A stretch of DNA of 64,000 nt from the NCBI GenBank assembly GCA_963790305.1, contig CAWBOC010000006.1, positions 384,001-448,000 of the forward strand, given 5' to 3'. The translations under genes were made by a program, and so were the position numbers. Positions within the stretch are counted from its first letter, which is position 1, and the number at the start of each line of letters is the position of its first letter. Origin of the DNA: an uncultured Gemmatimonadaceae bacterium (GTDB taxonomy: Bacteria; Gemmatimonadota; Gemmatimonadetes; Gemmatimonadales; Gemmatimonadaceae). Positions 51,190 to 61,367 of the stretch are shown here, piece after piece. Under the pieces are notes generated by a model that was not told the origin of the DNA, ran no database searches, and saw only the letters and a program-made list of their open reading frames with translations.

Positions 51190-52070
51190 GCGTGCACCCG
51201 CTCAGCGGCGCGAAGGGTATTCGACAGCAGCATCGCGATCGTCATTGGCCCCACCCCGCCCGGCACTGGCGTGATCTTCGACGCGACCTTCCGCACGCCT
51301 TCGAAGTCGACGTCCCCAACCAGCGAGTAGCCCTTTTTTGCCGACCGATCGTCGACGCGGTTGACGCCCACGTCGATGACCACGGCGCCCGGCTTCACCA
51401 TGTCGGCCGTCACCATGCGCGGGCGCCCAATAGCGACAATGAGGATGTCGGCACGCTTCGCGTGCTCGGCCAGGTCGCGCGTGTGGGAGTGGCACACCGT
51501 GACGGTCGCATTCCCGCCGGGCCCGTTCTGTACCAGAAGCGAGGCCATCGGCTTTCCGACGATGTTGCTGCGCCCGATGATGACGCAGTGTTTGCCGGCC
51601 GTGTCGACCGAGCTGCGCAGGAGCAGCTGCTGCACTCCCACAGGGGTCGCCGGGGAAAACCCATCCCGCTCCCCGATGAACACCTTGCCCACGTTGATCG
51701 GATGAAACCCATCGACGTCCTTCTCGGGACGAATGCGACGGACGACGGCCTCGGCGTCGATCTGCTTCGGCACCGGCATCTGCACCAGGATACCATGAAT
51801 GCGTGGATCCGCATTGAGCGCGTCGATCTCGGCCAGCAGCTCGTCCTGCGACGTTGACGCATCGAGTCGCATGGTGACGGAATGCATCCCCGCCTCCTCG
51901 CACGCCTTCCCCTTCATGCGAACGTACACCTGACTGGCAGGGTCGTCTCCGACGAGGATGACCGCCAGTCCCGGCCGCACGCCCCGCGTGCCTAACGCCT
52001 TCACCTTCCGGGCCACCTCGGCACGGATGGAGGCGGCGATCGCTGCGCCGTCGATGACCTCAGCGGGCAA
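51186..52070 (-). CDS. folD: Methylenetetrahydrofolate dehydrogenase/cyclohydrolase
   Basis: [22 protein letters not shown] and [15 protein letters not shown] start. Confidence 0.97.
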   Translation of the reverse strand: MPAEVIDGAAIAASIRAEVARKVKALGTRGVRPGLAVILVGDDPASQVYVRMKGKACEEAGMHSVTMRLDASTSQDELLAEIDALNADPRIHGILVQMPVPKQIDAEAVVRRIRPEKDVDGFHPINVGKVFIGERDGFSPATPVGVQQLLLRSSVDTAGKHCVIIGRSNIVGKPMASLLVQNGPGGNATVTVCHSHTRDLAEHAKRADILIVAIGRPRMVTADMVKPGAVVIDVGVNRVDDRSAKKGYSLVGDVDFEGVRKVASKITPVPGGVGPMTIAMLLSNTLRAAERVHA

Positions 52071-53646
52071 AGTCCACCGCCCGCGTCTCGCGGATGACCA
52101 CGACCTTGATCTGCCCCGGATACTGAAGCTCCGATTCAATGCGCCGAGCGATCTCCTCCGAGAGGGAGGTCATGCGGACGTCGTCGACCTCGTCCGGCCG
52201 CACGACGACGCGAACTTCACGTCCGGCCTGAATGGCGAAGACCTTTTCGACACCGCGGTAGCTGCCAGCGATCTTCTCGATTCCCTCGAGACGTTTCACA
52301 TACGTCTCGAACGCCTCGCGACGCGCGCCCGGACGCGAGCCCGAGATGGCGTCGGCGGCCTGTACGAGCACGGAGATCTCCGTCTCGTGCGGCACATCGT
52401 CATGGTGCGCGGCAATGCAGTTCACGACCAGCGGGTTCTCGCCGTACTTCGTCGCTACTTCGACGCCGAGCTGCACATGGGTTCCCTCGTGCTCGTGAGT
52501 GAGAACCTTGCCGATGTCGTGCAAGAGCGCGCCGCGACGCGCCATGACCGCGTCGAGCGCCAGCTCCTGCGCCATGATGCCGGCGAGGTGCGCAACTTCC
52601 TTGGAGTGCAGCAGGATGTTCTGGCCGTAGCTGGTACGATAGTGCATGCGTCCGACGAGCTTCACGAGCTCCGGGTGCAATCCGTTGACCCCCGATTCGT
52701 ACGCAGCCTGCTCGCCCATCTCCTGAATGGACTGCTCCACTTCCTTGCGCGACTTCGCGACGACCTCCTCGATACGACCAGGGTGAATCCGGCCATCCGC
52801 GACAAGCTTCTGAAGCGACAGGCGGGCGATCTCGCGGCGCACGGGATCGAAGCCGGACACGACGACCGTGTCCGGCGTGTCGTCGATGATGACGTCGACG
52901 CCGGTCGCGAGCTCGAATGCCCGGATGTTGCGGCCTTCGCGGCCGATGATGCGACCCTTCATCTCGTCGTTCGGGAGCGCGACGGATGACACGGTGATCT
53001 CCGCCGTGTGATCAGCCGCGACTCGCTGCACCGCCAGGGCGACGATCTTCTTGGCCTCGCGGTCCGCGTTCCGGCGCGCACTCTCGCGAATTTCGCGCAG
53101 GCTGTTCGCGGCGTCGGCGCGTGCCTGCTCCTCCATGCGCCCAATCAGCTCGGCCTTGGCCTGGTCGGCCGACATCCCGGCCAGCGCTTCGAGCCGGCGG
53201 CGCTCCTCCGACAGCATGCGATCCAGCTCGGCGTCGCGCTCCGAAACCGTCTTCTCCTTTCGCCCGAGCTCGCTGGCGCGACGTCCGATTTCCTTGTCGC
53301 GCTGCTCGAGGATGTCGAATTTCCGGTCGAGCGCTGTCTCCCGCTCCTGCACGCGCTTCTCGCCCCTTTCGATTTCTTCGCGCCGGCGTGAGGCCTCGCC
53401 TTCCCAGGATTCGCGAAGCTTGATCGTCTCCTCTTTCCCCGCCAGCACCGCCGATTTGCGCAGCGTATCGGCTTCCCGCTGAGCCTCGTCGAGGATCCGC
53501 TTCGCCGTCTCCTCTGCCCCAGCCCGGGCCGCCGCCGCCGCCTTGCGCTCCGCCGTCCGTCCCGCCGCTCTGCCGATAAAGAAAAAGGCCGCGGAGGCGA
53601 GAATAACGAGCACGCCCAACGCGGCATAGATCGCGATTTCGTTCAT
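52060..53646 (-). CDS. rny: Ribonuclease Y
   Basis: N-terminal TM, coiled coil, KH domain ([13 protein letters not shown]) and HD domain ([19 protein letters not shown]). Confidence 0.98.
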   Translation of the reverse strand: MNEIAIYAALGVLVILASAAFFFIGRAAGRTAERKAAAAARAGAEETAKRILDEAQREADTLRKSAVLAGKEETIKLRESWEGEASRRREEIERGEKRVQERETALDRKFDILEQRDKEIGRRASELGRKEKTVSERDAELDRMLSEERRRLEALAGMSADQAKAELIGRMEEQARADAANSLREIRESARRNADREAKKIVALAVQRVAADHTAEITVSSVALPNDEMKGRIIGREGRNIRAFELATGVDVIIDDTPDTVVVSGFDPVRREIARLSLQKLVADGRIHPGRIEEVVAKSRKEVEQSIQEMGEQAAYESGVNGLHPELVKLVGRMHYRTSYGQNILLHSKEVAHLAGIMAQELALDAVMARRGALLHDIGKVLTHEHEGTHVQLGVEVATKYGENPLVVNCIAAHHDDVPHETEISVLVQAADAISGSRPGARREAFETYVKRLEGIEKIAGSYRGVEKVFAIQAGREVRVVVRPDEVDDVRMTSLSEEIARRIESELQYPGQIKVVVIRETRAVDFAR

Positions 53647-53688
53647 GTATTTATGCTCCAACGCGGCGGTTGTCCGCCGCGGAGTCAG

Positions 53689-53814
53689 GAAGAACACCGT
53701 TGGGCCGACCCGTCCCTCGGAAGTGCGCCGCTCGGTCGAGCGCCGGCGAAGGGCGCGTGACGGAACGGGCTAACTACAAAGGGCGCTTGGGTCTACGCCA
53801 AACGCGGTGACTTC
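53689..53814 (-). ncRNA. Candidate compact 6S-like RNA (or structured rny leader)
   Basis: Own promoter (TTGCCT-N17-TAGTTT, 53819-53847). Rod-like fold: 5' GAAG/CACCG pairs with 3' CGGTG/CTTC, then an asymmetric bubble, then a GCCCGTTCC/GGGACGGGT stem. zapA-adjacent position is typical of ssrS. Confidence 0.45.
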
Positions 53815-53853
53815 GGAGAAACTACGTCCGGGCGGAGCAAAAGGCAACGCGCG

Positions 53854-54168
53854 TCATCGTTCCGCGGTTTCCCCGCTTACGCGCTTCGCCGGCGGGAGCC
53901 GGCGCCTGATCTCCGAGCTGAGCTGCTGCATCCCCTCGGCGATCTCTTCCGACTGGGCCCGCGCCTGAAAAAGGTCGTCGGTGATCTGCAGCGCGGCGAG
54001 GATGGCTGCCTTGCGGGTTTCGGCAACGGCTCCGCTGTTCATGATCTCGCGGATGGCCCGGTCCACATGTTCGGCCACGGCGCGGGTGTGCTCGGGCGAA
54101 GCATCGCTCCGAATCGTGTACTCCTCACCGACGATCGTCACGCGGACGCTGCTCTTCCGACCATTCAT
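53854..54168 (-). CDS. zapA: Cell division protein ZapA
   Basis: VRVTIVGEEYTIR...VAEHVD...AILAALQITDDL; downstream of pheT. Confidence 0.9.
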   Translation of the reverse strand: MNGRKSSVRVTIVGEEYTIRSDASPEHTRAVAEHVDRAIREIMNSGAVAETRKAAILAALQITDDLFQARAQSEEIAEGMQQLSSEIRRRLPPAKRVSGETAER

Positions 54169-54458
54169 CGCGTGGCCCCCTTCTCTCCCTGCTGCCGAAG
54201 GAACCGGGTCCGGTCGAGGAGGTGCTGTACGCGGTCGCGGGCCGCATCGAGACGGGCGCGCAGCTCGGCGTTCTCCTTCTCGAGCGATGCAGCGTGTCTC
54301 GATCCCTTCGTCTGCGGCGTCGCAGACTCGAGCTCCTTCACGCGCGCTTCCGCAGTCTGTGCGCGGCGGCGCCATCCCGCCATCTCTTCGCCGAGCTGCC
54401 CGATGAGATGAGCCAGCTCGCGAAATGCGACCAGATCAGGCCGTTCGCTGTCGGACAC
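54165..54458 (-). CDS. Small coiled-coil protein (ZapB-like position)
   Basis: Heptad-rich LEKENAELRARL segment; between pheT and zapA. Confidence 0.7.
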   Translation of the reverse strand: MSDSERPDLVAFRELAHLIGQLGEEMAGWRRRAQTAEARVKELESATPQTKGSRHAASLEKENAELRARLDAARDRVQHLLDRTRFLRQQGEKGATR

Positions 54459-57063
54459 CGAGCTCCTCCTCGAGCGCGCGCAGCAGCTTCTCCCTGCGAC
54501 CGGAGACTTCCTTGTCGCGAAGGGTGCGCTCCGGATGGCGGAACGTCAACCGCCACGCCACGCTGCGCACGCCGGATGGAAGGCCGGCCCCGCGGAATTC
54601 GTCGAAGAGCGCAAGCCGTTCGAGCAGCTCTCCCGCATGCGTTCGAATGACCTGCTCCACCTTCGACGCAGGCATGTCGTTCGGGACGAGCACGGCGAGG
54701 TCGAACTCCGCCGCCGGCGTCACGGGGAGCGCGCGGAACGGCGTCACGGGCGCGGGGCCGCGTCGCTCGGCCTCGCGGGCGTGCGCCGACCCGCCGACAG
54801 GCGCAACATCAGCCGAGGCGACCGTCTCGAGCGCGATCTCAATGCCGAACGCTGGTGATGCCCATATCGGTGCGTCGAGCCGCACACGAGTGACCGCGCC
54901 GACACGACCTCCGTCGACGCTCACTTCCCACAGCGTATCGCCGCTGCCCGGGACGAGCGAGACCGAACGCCCGCGGAACGCCGTCTCGCCAATGAGCTCC
55001 GCCACTGCCTTCGCGTCCCACTCGTCGAACGCGGGGGGCTTGGGCTCGGTAAAATGTGGAGGCCGTCGGGCGCCCATGATCAACGCGCCGACGCGGACCT
55101 CCTCGTGAGGCAGGCGTTCGGCCGAGGGCGTGAAGACGTTGCCGATCTCGAACAGACGAACGTTGCCTTGCATGTGCGACAGGTTGTGCTCGGCGCGCTT
55201 GGCCAGCGACTCCATGATCGCTCGCCGCAGAAAAGCCTCGTTCTCCGCCAGTGGGTTGCGTACGCGGACGTATCCCTCGCCGCCGCTGACGAACGGCATC
55301 GGTCGCACCTCGAATAGCCCGGAGTTGGCGAGCACGGTGCGTAACCGACTCGCGAGTAGCTCGATCGGCGCATCGGGGACAGTGCCAATGCGGAACGGGC
55401 GCAGCTCGCTCGAGAACGCGTCGTAGCCGTGGAGCCGAGCGACCTCCTCGATGAGATCGACCTCATGCGCGATGTCGACGCGCCATGAGGGCGCGACCAC
55501 CTGGAGCTCCTGTTCTCCATGGAGCATCTCGGTGCCAGGCTCCCAGTTGACAATGAACCCGATCGAGCGAAGCAGCCCGATCGTCTTCTTCGCGCTGATC
55601 GGTGCACCCAGGAGCCGTGCAATACGAGCCACGCGCAGTCGCAGCGGCGCGGTAACGCGCGGCTCGGGATAGAGGTCGACGTGATCCTCAGCGGTTCCGC
55701 CGGCGAGGCTCGTGATCAGGGCGACAGCGTGAGCGAGCCAGAACGGAGTCCACTCAATGTCGACGCCGCGCTCGAAGCGGTAGCTCGCGTCAGTCGACAT
55801 TGCAAGTGCGCGACGTGCAGCACGAGTGGCGCGTGGATCGAAGTTGGCGACCTCGAGAAAGATGTCGGTCGTCCCCTCCGTCACTTCGCTGTCACGTCCG
55901 CCCATGATTCCGGCGAGCGCCTGTGCCCGTTCGGCGTCGGCGATCACGGTGATCGACGGATTGAGCGTGCGCTCCACGCCATCCAGCGTCACGATGCGCT
56001 CGCCCGCCCTCGCGCGCCTGACGATGACCGCGCTCCCCGCCAGCTTCGCAACGTCGAAGGCGTGCATCGGCTGTCCGAACCCATGCAGCATGAAGTTGGT
56101 CGCGTCCACGACGTTGTTGATCGGACGCCCACCGACGGCGGTGATGCGGTCGACGAGCCACTGCGGGCTGGGCGCGATCTTCACACCGCGGATGACCACA
56201 CCGCAGTAGCGCGGCGATCCCTGCGCATCCTCGAGAACGACGCGCACGTCCCCCGTCTGTCCCTCGGTCACCCCGTGATGGCGCGGCCGATCGGGCATGG
56301 TCCGCACGGCATCGATGAGTGAGCTCGCGGCTTCGCTCTCGCCGCCGAGCACGGTCGTGACTGCCTCCGCGATCGCCGTCGCATCCAGCCGCTCACCGGC
56401 GAGCGCCGTGGGGAGCTCATCGAGCAGACGGCGGGTCATCGCTTGCTGCTCCGCCGTCGGCGCGCCGAGGAAGTCGTGGGTGCCGGTCCACACCAGCTCC
56501 TGAATGTCCTTGCCGAACGCCGCCGCGATTTCGCGCGCGACACCGAGGTGTGACAGCAGGTCCGGCCGACTGGGCGATACGTCGAGCACCAGACGTGTGT
56601 CGCCGACGGGATACGCATCGAGAAAGCGCGTACCAGGCTCGGCGTCGATGTCGAGCTCCATGATGCCTTGGTGCTCGTCTCCAAGCCCGAGCTCCCGCGC
56701 CGAGCAGAGCATACCGGCGCTCACTGCACCGCGAATCTTCCGTCGCTCGATCTTCATCCCGTTCGGCATGGTCGTACCAACCGGCGCGAAGGGATAGATC
56801 TTTCCCGCTCGGACGTTTGGCGCGCCGCACACGACATCGAGCAGCTCGCCGGTACCGGCGTCGACCTTGGTCACGCTCAAGTGATCGGAATCAGGATGCC
56901 GAGCGCACTCGACCACACGCCCGATGACGATCGGCGCGAGATCGGGCCGCAGCGGCAGCACTTCGTCGACCGTGACGACGCGCTGCGTGAGCAGGTCGCG
57001 CAGCTCGGTTGGCTCGAGATCGAAATCGACGAAGGTCTTGAGCCAGGCGTACGAGACGTTCAT
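54436..57063 (-). CDS. pheT: Phenylalanine--tRNA ligase beta subunit
   Basis: VVCGAPNV, SAGMLCSARELG, RPDLLS..GVARE, GQPMHAFD, DASYRFERG, DLIEEVAR and a C-terminal FDX-ACB domain. Confidence 0.98.
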   Translation of the reverse strand: MNVSYAWLKTFVDFDLEPTELRDLLTQRVVTVDEVLPLRPDLAPIVIGRVVECARHPDSDHLSVTKVDAGTGELLDVVCGAPNVRAGKIYPFAPVGTTMPNGMKIERRKIRGAVSAGMLCSARELGLGDEHQGIMELDIDAEPGTRFLDAYPVGDTRLVLDVSPSRPDLLSHLGVAREIAAAFGKDIQELVWTGTHDFLGAPTAEQQAMTRRLLDELPTALAGERLDATAIAEAVTTVLGGESEAASSLIDAVRTMPDRPRHHGVTEGQTGDVRVVLEDAQGSPRYCGVVIRGVKIAPSPQWLVDRITAVGGRPINNVVDATNFMLHGFGQPMHAFDVAKLAGSAVIVRRARAGERIVTLDGVERTLNPSITVIADAERAQALAGIMGGRDSEVTEGTTDIFLEVANFDPRATRAARRALAMSTDASYRFERGVDIEWTPFWLAHAVALITSLAGGTAEDHVDLYPEPRVTAPLRLRVARIARLLGAPISAKKTIGLLRSIGFIVNWEPGTEMLHGEQELQVVAPSWRVDIAHEVDLIEEVARLHGYDAFSSELRPFRIGTVPDAPIELLASRLRTVLANSGLFEVRPMPFVSGGEGYVRVRNPLAENEAFLRRAIMESLAKRAEHNLSHMQGNVRLFEIGNVFTPSAERLPHEEVRVGALIMGARRPPHFTEPKPPAFDEWDAKAVAELIGETAFRGRSVSLVPGSGDTLWEVSVDGGRVGAVTRVRLDAPIWASPAFGIEIALETVASADVAPVGGSAHAREAERRGPAPVTPFRALPVTPAAEFDLAVLVPNDMPASKVEQVIRTHAGELLERLALFDEFRGAGLPSGVRSVAWRLTFRHPERTLRDKEVSGRREKLLRALEEELGVRQRTA

Positions 57064-58088
57064 TGCGCCAGCTGCTCCAGAAAGCGGACGTCCGAGTCGT
57101 ACAGCAGCCGAATATCCGGGATGCCCCAGCGACTGAGCGCGACGCGCGCCGGCCCCATGCCGAACGCCCACCCGGTGTATTTCTCGCTGTCCACGCCGCA
57201 CGCGTCGAGCACCGCCGGATGCACCATGCCGGAGCCGAGGATCTCGACCCATCCCGTCTGTTTGCAGGTGGGGCAGCCGGTACCGCCGCACACCCCGCAT
57301 TGCACGTCGAGCTCCGCCGATGGCTCGGTGAACGGGAAATAGCTGGGACGAAAGCGCGTCGGGCGCTTTCCGAAGAACCGATTCGCGAAGTTGACGAGAG
57401 TCGCCTTGAGATCGACGAAGCCAATGCCCTCGTCCACGGCGAGTCCCTCGATCTGCGAGAACATCGGGGCGTGCGACGGATCGAAGAAATCGCGCCGGTA
57501 CACATTCCCGGGAGCGATGATGCGCACGGGCGGCGGATACGATTGCAGCGTGCGCGCCTGGACGGGCGACGTATGCGTACGCAGCAGCGTGTCGTCGCTC
57601 AGGTAGAGGGTGTCGTGCATATCCATCGCCGGATGGTCGGCGGGAAAATTCAGCGCGCCGAAGTTGTACCAATCCGTCTCGGCCTCCGGGCCCACGGCAA
57701 CCGTGAAGCCGAGCTCGCGGAAGATGTCGCGGATCTCATCGATGACGACCGTGACTGGGTGCACCGCGCCGCGCCACGTCCGGCGGGCGGGCATGGTGAG
57801 ATCGAGTCGCGGCTCGGTCGGCGCGCCGATGCGCAGCTCCGCCTCACGAGCCTCGAGCGCAGCGTCGATGGCCTCCTTGGCGCGGTTGACGGCGGCGCCC
57901 GCCTCACGACGCGCGTCGGGGGGGAGCGCGGGGAGCGACTTCATGAGCTCGGTGAGCCGACCGCTCTTGCGTCCGACCAGCGTGGTGCGGGCCGAGGCCA
58001 ACTCGTCGGCCGACGACGCGCGCGCGACGAGATCGCGGCCGTCGCGCTCGAGTGAACGGGCTGCCTCCACCAATTCGTCCAGCGTCAC
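57060..58088 (-). CDS. pheS: Phenylalanine--tRNA ligase alpha subunit
   Basis: HPAMDMHDT, LRTHTSPVQ, FRPSYFPFTEPS and GWAFGMG. Confidence 0.98.
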   Translation of the reverse strand: MTLDELVEAARSLERDGRDLVARASSADELASARTTLVGRKSGRLTELMKSLPALPPDARREAGAAVNRAKEAIDAALEAREAELRIGAPTEPRLDLTMPARRTWRGAVHPVTVVIDEIRDIFRELGFTVAVGPEAETDWYNFGALNFPADHPAMDMHDTLYLSDDTLLRTHTSPVQARTLQSYPPPVRIIAPGNVYRRDFFDPSHAPMFSQIEGLAVDEGIGFVDLKATLVNFANRFFGKRPTRFRPSYFPFTEPSAELDVQCGVCGGTGCPTCKQTGWVEILGSGMVHPAVLDACGVDSEKYTGWAFGMGPARVALSRWGIPDIRLLYDSDVRFLEQLAQ

Positions 58089-58191
58089 GTGCGAGTGGGT
58101 GTGTGAGTGAAACACAGCGGGCGACGGCGGCGCCTTCCGAGGAGTGCGCGGCCGTCGCCCGTGTCGAGCATCGCCCCGATGGGGCGGCGAC

Positions 58192-58554
58192 TCAAGCCGC
58201 GTTCAGCGCGGACCGCGCCTTGTCGGCGAGCTCGCCAAACGCCTGCGGATCGCGCACGGCGAGGTCGGCCAGAATCTTCCGGTCCACCTCGATGCCCGCC
58301 TTCCGCAGTCCACTGATCAGCGCGTTGTAGCTCATCTCGTGCTGCCGGGCCGCGGCGTTGATGCGGATGATCCACAGCCGGCGGAAATCGCGCTTCTTGT
58401 TCTTGCGGTCGCGGTAGGCGTAGCGCCATCCGCGCTCGACAGTCTCCTTGGCCGCCTTCCACAGCTTGCTGCGGCCACCAAAGGCGCCGCGAGCGGCCTT
58501 CATCACCTGCTTCTTGCGCTTCAGGCGCGCGACGTTCGATCTGACGCGAGGCAT
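58192..58554 (-). CDS. rplT: 50S ribosomal protein L20
   Basis: [24 protein letters not shown] and DRKILADLA. Confidence 0.99.
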   Translation of the reverse strand: MPRVRSNVARLKRKKQVMKAARGAFGGRSKLWKAAKETVERGWRYAYRDRKNKKRDFRRLWIIRINAAARQHEMSYNALISGLRKAGIEVDRKILADLAVRDPQAFGELADKARSALNAA

Positions 58555-58566
58555 GGGACGATCTCC

Positions 58567-58764
58567 TTACGCCGAAAGCAGGCGCTTGATGTTCTTCGCT
58601 TCGCCACGGGTGTTGATCAGACCGGGACGACGCAGGCGGCGCTTCCGCTTCGCGCTCTTCTTGGTGAGGATGTGACTCTTGTTGGCTTTATACCGCTTCA
58701 CCTTGCCGGAGCCGGTGACCTTGAAGCGCTTCACGGCGCCGCGGTGGGTTTTCATCTTCGGCAT
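58567..58764 (-). CDS. rpmI: 50S ribosomal protein L35
   Basis: [21 protein letters not shown]. Confidence 0.99.
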   Translation of the reverse strand: MPKMKTHRGAVKRFKVTGSGKVKRYKANKSHILTKKSAKRKRRLRRPGLINTRGEAKNIKRLLSA

Positions 58765-58791
58765 GCGATTACACTCGTTATGGTCGAGCCG

Positions 58792-59307
58792 TTATTTCGG
58801 CGCGAGGATCATGGTCATGTTCTTCCCTTCCAGCTTCGCGTCCGTCTCGATCTTGCCGATGTCGGCAAGCTCGGTCGCCACGCGGTCGAGCACTTCCTTG
58901 CCGAGCTCGGGGTGCGCCACCTGCCGGCCACGGAACATCATCGTGACCTTCACCTTGTTGCCCTCTTCAATGAACCGCCGAGCGTGGCGCGTCTTGGTAT
59001 CGAAGTCGTGATCGTCGATCCCCGGGCGATACTTCACTTCCTTGAGCAGAATGACGTGCTGCTTTTTCTTCGCTTGTCGCGCCTGCTTTGCCTGCTCGAA
59101 CTTGAACTTCCCGTAATCCATGATGCGAACGACGGGCGGGCGCGCCGTGGGGGCCACTTCGACGAGATCCAAGCCCTCTTCCTGAGCCCTGGCGAGCGCG
59201 ACATCCACTTCGAGAATGCCGAGCTGCGAGCCATCTGGAGCGATCACGCGCACCGGGCTAATGCGAATTTGCCGATTGACGCGGACTCGCTTGGTACTGT
59301 CCTGAAT
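58792..59307 (-). CDS. infC: Translation initiation factor IF-3 (ATT start)
   Basis: GGAGG followed by ATT CAG (IQDSTKRVRVN); LDLVEVAP.ARPPV..IMDYGKFKFE and KVKVTMMFRGR. Confidence 0.97.
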   Translation of the reverse strand: MQDSTKRVRVNRQIRISPVRVIAPDGSQLGILEVDVALARAQEEGLDLVEVAPTARPPVVRIMDYGKFKFEQAKQARQAKKKQHVILLKEVKYRPGIDDHDFDTKTRHARRFIEEGNKVKVTMMFRGRQVAHPELGKEVLDRVATELADIGKIETDAKLEGKNMTMILAPK

Positions 59308-59329
59308 GGTTGGTGCTCCTCCGAGAAGG

Positions 59330-59470
59330 AAACGAAAATCGCGGACCCCTTCTGGAGTCCGCGATGGGAACACGCGCCCATACTCGTGGGCTCGTGTCTC
59401 TCTCAGGAACTCCTACAGCACGCCCGCGCGAGCGGGGCCGAAGGGTGAGGGCAGCTTCGCCCTACTTAGC
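59330..59470 (-). ncRNA. L20 leader-like RNA with attenuator terminator upstream of infC-rpmI-rplT
   Basis: AAGTAG-GGCG/TGCC-CTCACC core; ATCGCGGACTCC/GGGGTCCGCGAT hairpin followed by TTTCGTTT before the RBS. Confidence 0.65.
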
Positions 59471-59485
59471 AGGTTGTCGGAGCGA

Positions 59486-59514
59486 AAGTTAGCGGCTCCA
59501 GGGTTGAGCGTCAA
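59486..59514 (-). promoter_or_regulatory. Promoter of the infC operon
   Basis: TTGACG-N17-TAACTT. Confidence 0.7.
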
Positions 59515-59540
59515 CCGTATGAACAAGGTGCTCGAGCACC

Positions 59541-60422
59541 TCAACGATCGCTCGCCAACGAGTAGGACTTGCCGTCGTGCACGACCCGCCCCCACGGCAC
59601 CGCCGCATCGTGCTCGAAGACGAGAAGCCAACCCTCATCGGCGGCGAGGCGGAGGTATTTGCGCTTCGTCTCGAGAGTGACGAGCGGCTCCACGTCGTAG
59701 CCCATGATCCACGGCAGCGGGAGGTGTGCCGCCGTTGGCACGAGGTCTCCCAGAAAGAACGCCAGCTCGCCGCGCGACTCGATGAGCACACTCTGGTGGT
59801 GTGGCGTGTGGCCGGGGGTGTGCACGACGCGGATCCCAGGCACGATCTCGCGGTCACCGTCCGCGAAGTCGAGCAGCCCCGCCTCCCTAATCGGCTCGAA
59901 GTTAGGCGGAAAATAGCTCGCCGCGGTGCGCTCGTTCACGTGCGTCGCCCATTCATATTCACCACGCTGCACGACGTAGCGCGCGTTGGGAAACGTCGGC
60001 AAAACTCGTCCCTCGCCGTCGCGATACGTGTTGCCGCCCGCATGATCGAAGTGGAGATGCGTGTCGATCATGAGCGTCACATCCTCCGGCCGATGCCCCA
60101 GCGAACGAAGGCCATCCTCGAGCAGCGTACGCCCGTCGGCGCCGGCGTTGTCGATTCCGTAAATGTCGAGGAACTTCGCGGTTTCCTTGTTGCCGGCGCC
60201 GTTGTCGATCAACACCAGGCCAAGATCGTGCTCCACGAGCAGACACCGCATGCCGAGCGGGATGCGGTTGCGCGCGTCGGCGGGAATGCGGCGCTCCCAG
60301 AGTGGCTTGGGAACGACGCCAAACATCGCGCCACCGTCGAGAGCCTGCCCGCCAGCCTGAATCGCGTGCACCGTCCAGGCGCCAAGCGTTCGTGTTTCGA
60401 CGAGCGGGTGTGGAACGGTCAC
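59541..60422 (-). CDS. MBL-fold metallo-hydrolase (YtnP-like)
   Basis: LDGGAMFGVVPKPLW, THLHFDHAGG, TPGHT, GDL.P, MGYD and FEHD. Confidence 0.92.
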   Translation of the reverse strand: MTVPHPLVETRTLGAWTVHAIQAGGQALDGGAMFGVVPKPLWERRIPADARNRIPLGMRCLLVEHDLGLVLIDNGAGNKETAKFLDIYGIDNAGADGRTLLEDGLRSLGHRPEDVTLMIDTHLHFDHAGGNTYRDGEGRVLPTFPNARYVVQRGEYEWATHVNERTAASYFPPNFEPIREAGLLDFADGDREIVPGIRVVHTPGHTPHHQSVLIESRGELAFFLGDLVPTAAHLPLPWIMGYDVEPLVTLETKRKYLRLAADEGWLLVFEHDAAVPWGRVVHDGKSYSLASDR

Positions 60423-61363
60423 GCCGTCGTATCTCGATCGACGGGACGCGGCATGGCGCTTCGGCGACGCGTTCGCGACCGCACGATCATGCGGCCGAGG
60501 AGCGCCTCGAGATCCGGCCAGCAATGGCACTCCCGGGACCTCGCATCGCGCAACAGTCGGACGAGGATCTCCGCCGTCGCGACCGCGTCGCCGCCGGCTC
60601 GGTGGCGCGCCGTAATGTTGACGCCGTAGTGCATCGCGAGATAGTCGAGACGACGGGAGCGCAATTGAGGGAGCAGCTTGCGCGCGAGACGAACGGTGCA
60701 CAGACGACGCCCGGCGAGCTGGCGACCCGTCGCGCGCTCCACTTCCGTGGTGACGAATCGCCAATCGAACTGCGCGTTATGCGCCACGAAGATCGCTCCA
60801 TCCATTGCGCGCACGACGTCATCGCAGACGTCCCGGAAGCGCGGGGCGTCCTTCACCATGTCCCACGAAATATTGGTGAGCCGGCTGACCCAGGGCGGGA
60901 TGGGACGCTCGGGATTCACGAGCGTCTCGAACGTTTCGGCGACGGCACCCCCGCGGACGGCGACGACGGCGATCTCGGTGATGCGATCGCCTGCCCAACA
61001 GCGCGTGCCGGTCGTCTCGACATCCACCACGGCATAGTCGAGCGACAGGAGATCCGGATGGGGAACGATGGGCGGCTCATATCGCGGAGCAACGCCGACG
61101 GCGTACGGCGCGGCGGCACGCTCCGCCAGTCTCCAGCGGCCGTCGAGGTCACGCACGAACTCCGAACGCTCGCCGAGCAGTGCGTGCGCCATGTGCTCCG
61201 CGACGCGACGAGGTGCGCCCGGGATCTGACACACGTGCTCGATGAGCGGCACGACGTCGGCTGGACCCGCGGCAAGGAAATCCCGCGCCCGCGACGCGAG
61301 AAACGTTTCGGCTGGCCGAAGCACAACGCCGCCATCTCTCCGAAATGAGGCGGGAGCGGTCAC
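60419..61363 (-). CDS. DEDDh 3'-5' exonuclease (DnaQ/epsilon-like) with N-terminal extension
   Basis: VVDVETTG, FVAHNAQFD, CTVRLAR and HRAGGDA. Confidence 0.9.
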   Translation of the reverse strand: MTAPASFRRDGGVVLRPAETFLASRARDFLAAGPADVVPLIEHVCQIPGAPRRVAEHMAHALLGERSEFVRDLDGRWRLAERAAAPYAVGVAPRYEPPIVPHPDLLSLDYAVVDVETTGTRCWAGDRITEIAVVAVRGGAVAETFETLVNPERPIPPWVSRLTNISWDMVKDAPRFRDVCDDVVRAMDGAIFVAHNAQFDWRFVTTEVERATGRQLAGRRLCTVRLARKLLPQLRSRRLDYLAMHYGVNITARHRAGGDAVATAEILVRLLRDARSRECHCWPDLEALLGRMIVRSRTRRRSAMPRPVDRDTTA

Positions 61364-61367
61364 GTCA

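Noticed and set aside
57270..57305. CxxCxGxGCxxC motif in PheS
   Set aside because: This is a common feature of many bacterial PheS proteins.
58089..58191. pheS attenuator leader peptide (MFHSHTHSH upstream extension and hairpins)
   Set aside because: There is no Phe-rich leader ORF or T-box motif; the hairpins are adequately explained as rplT 3' structures.
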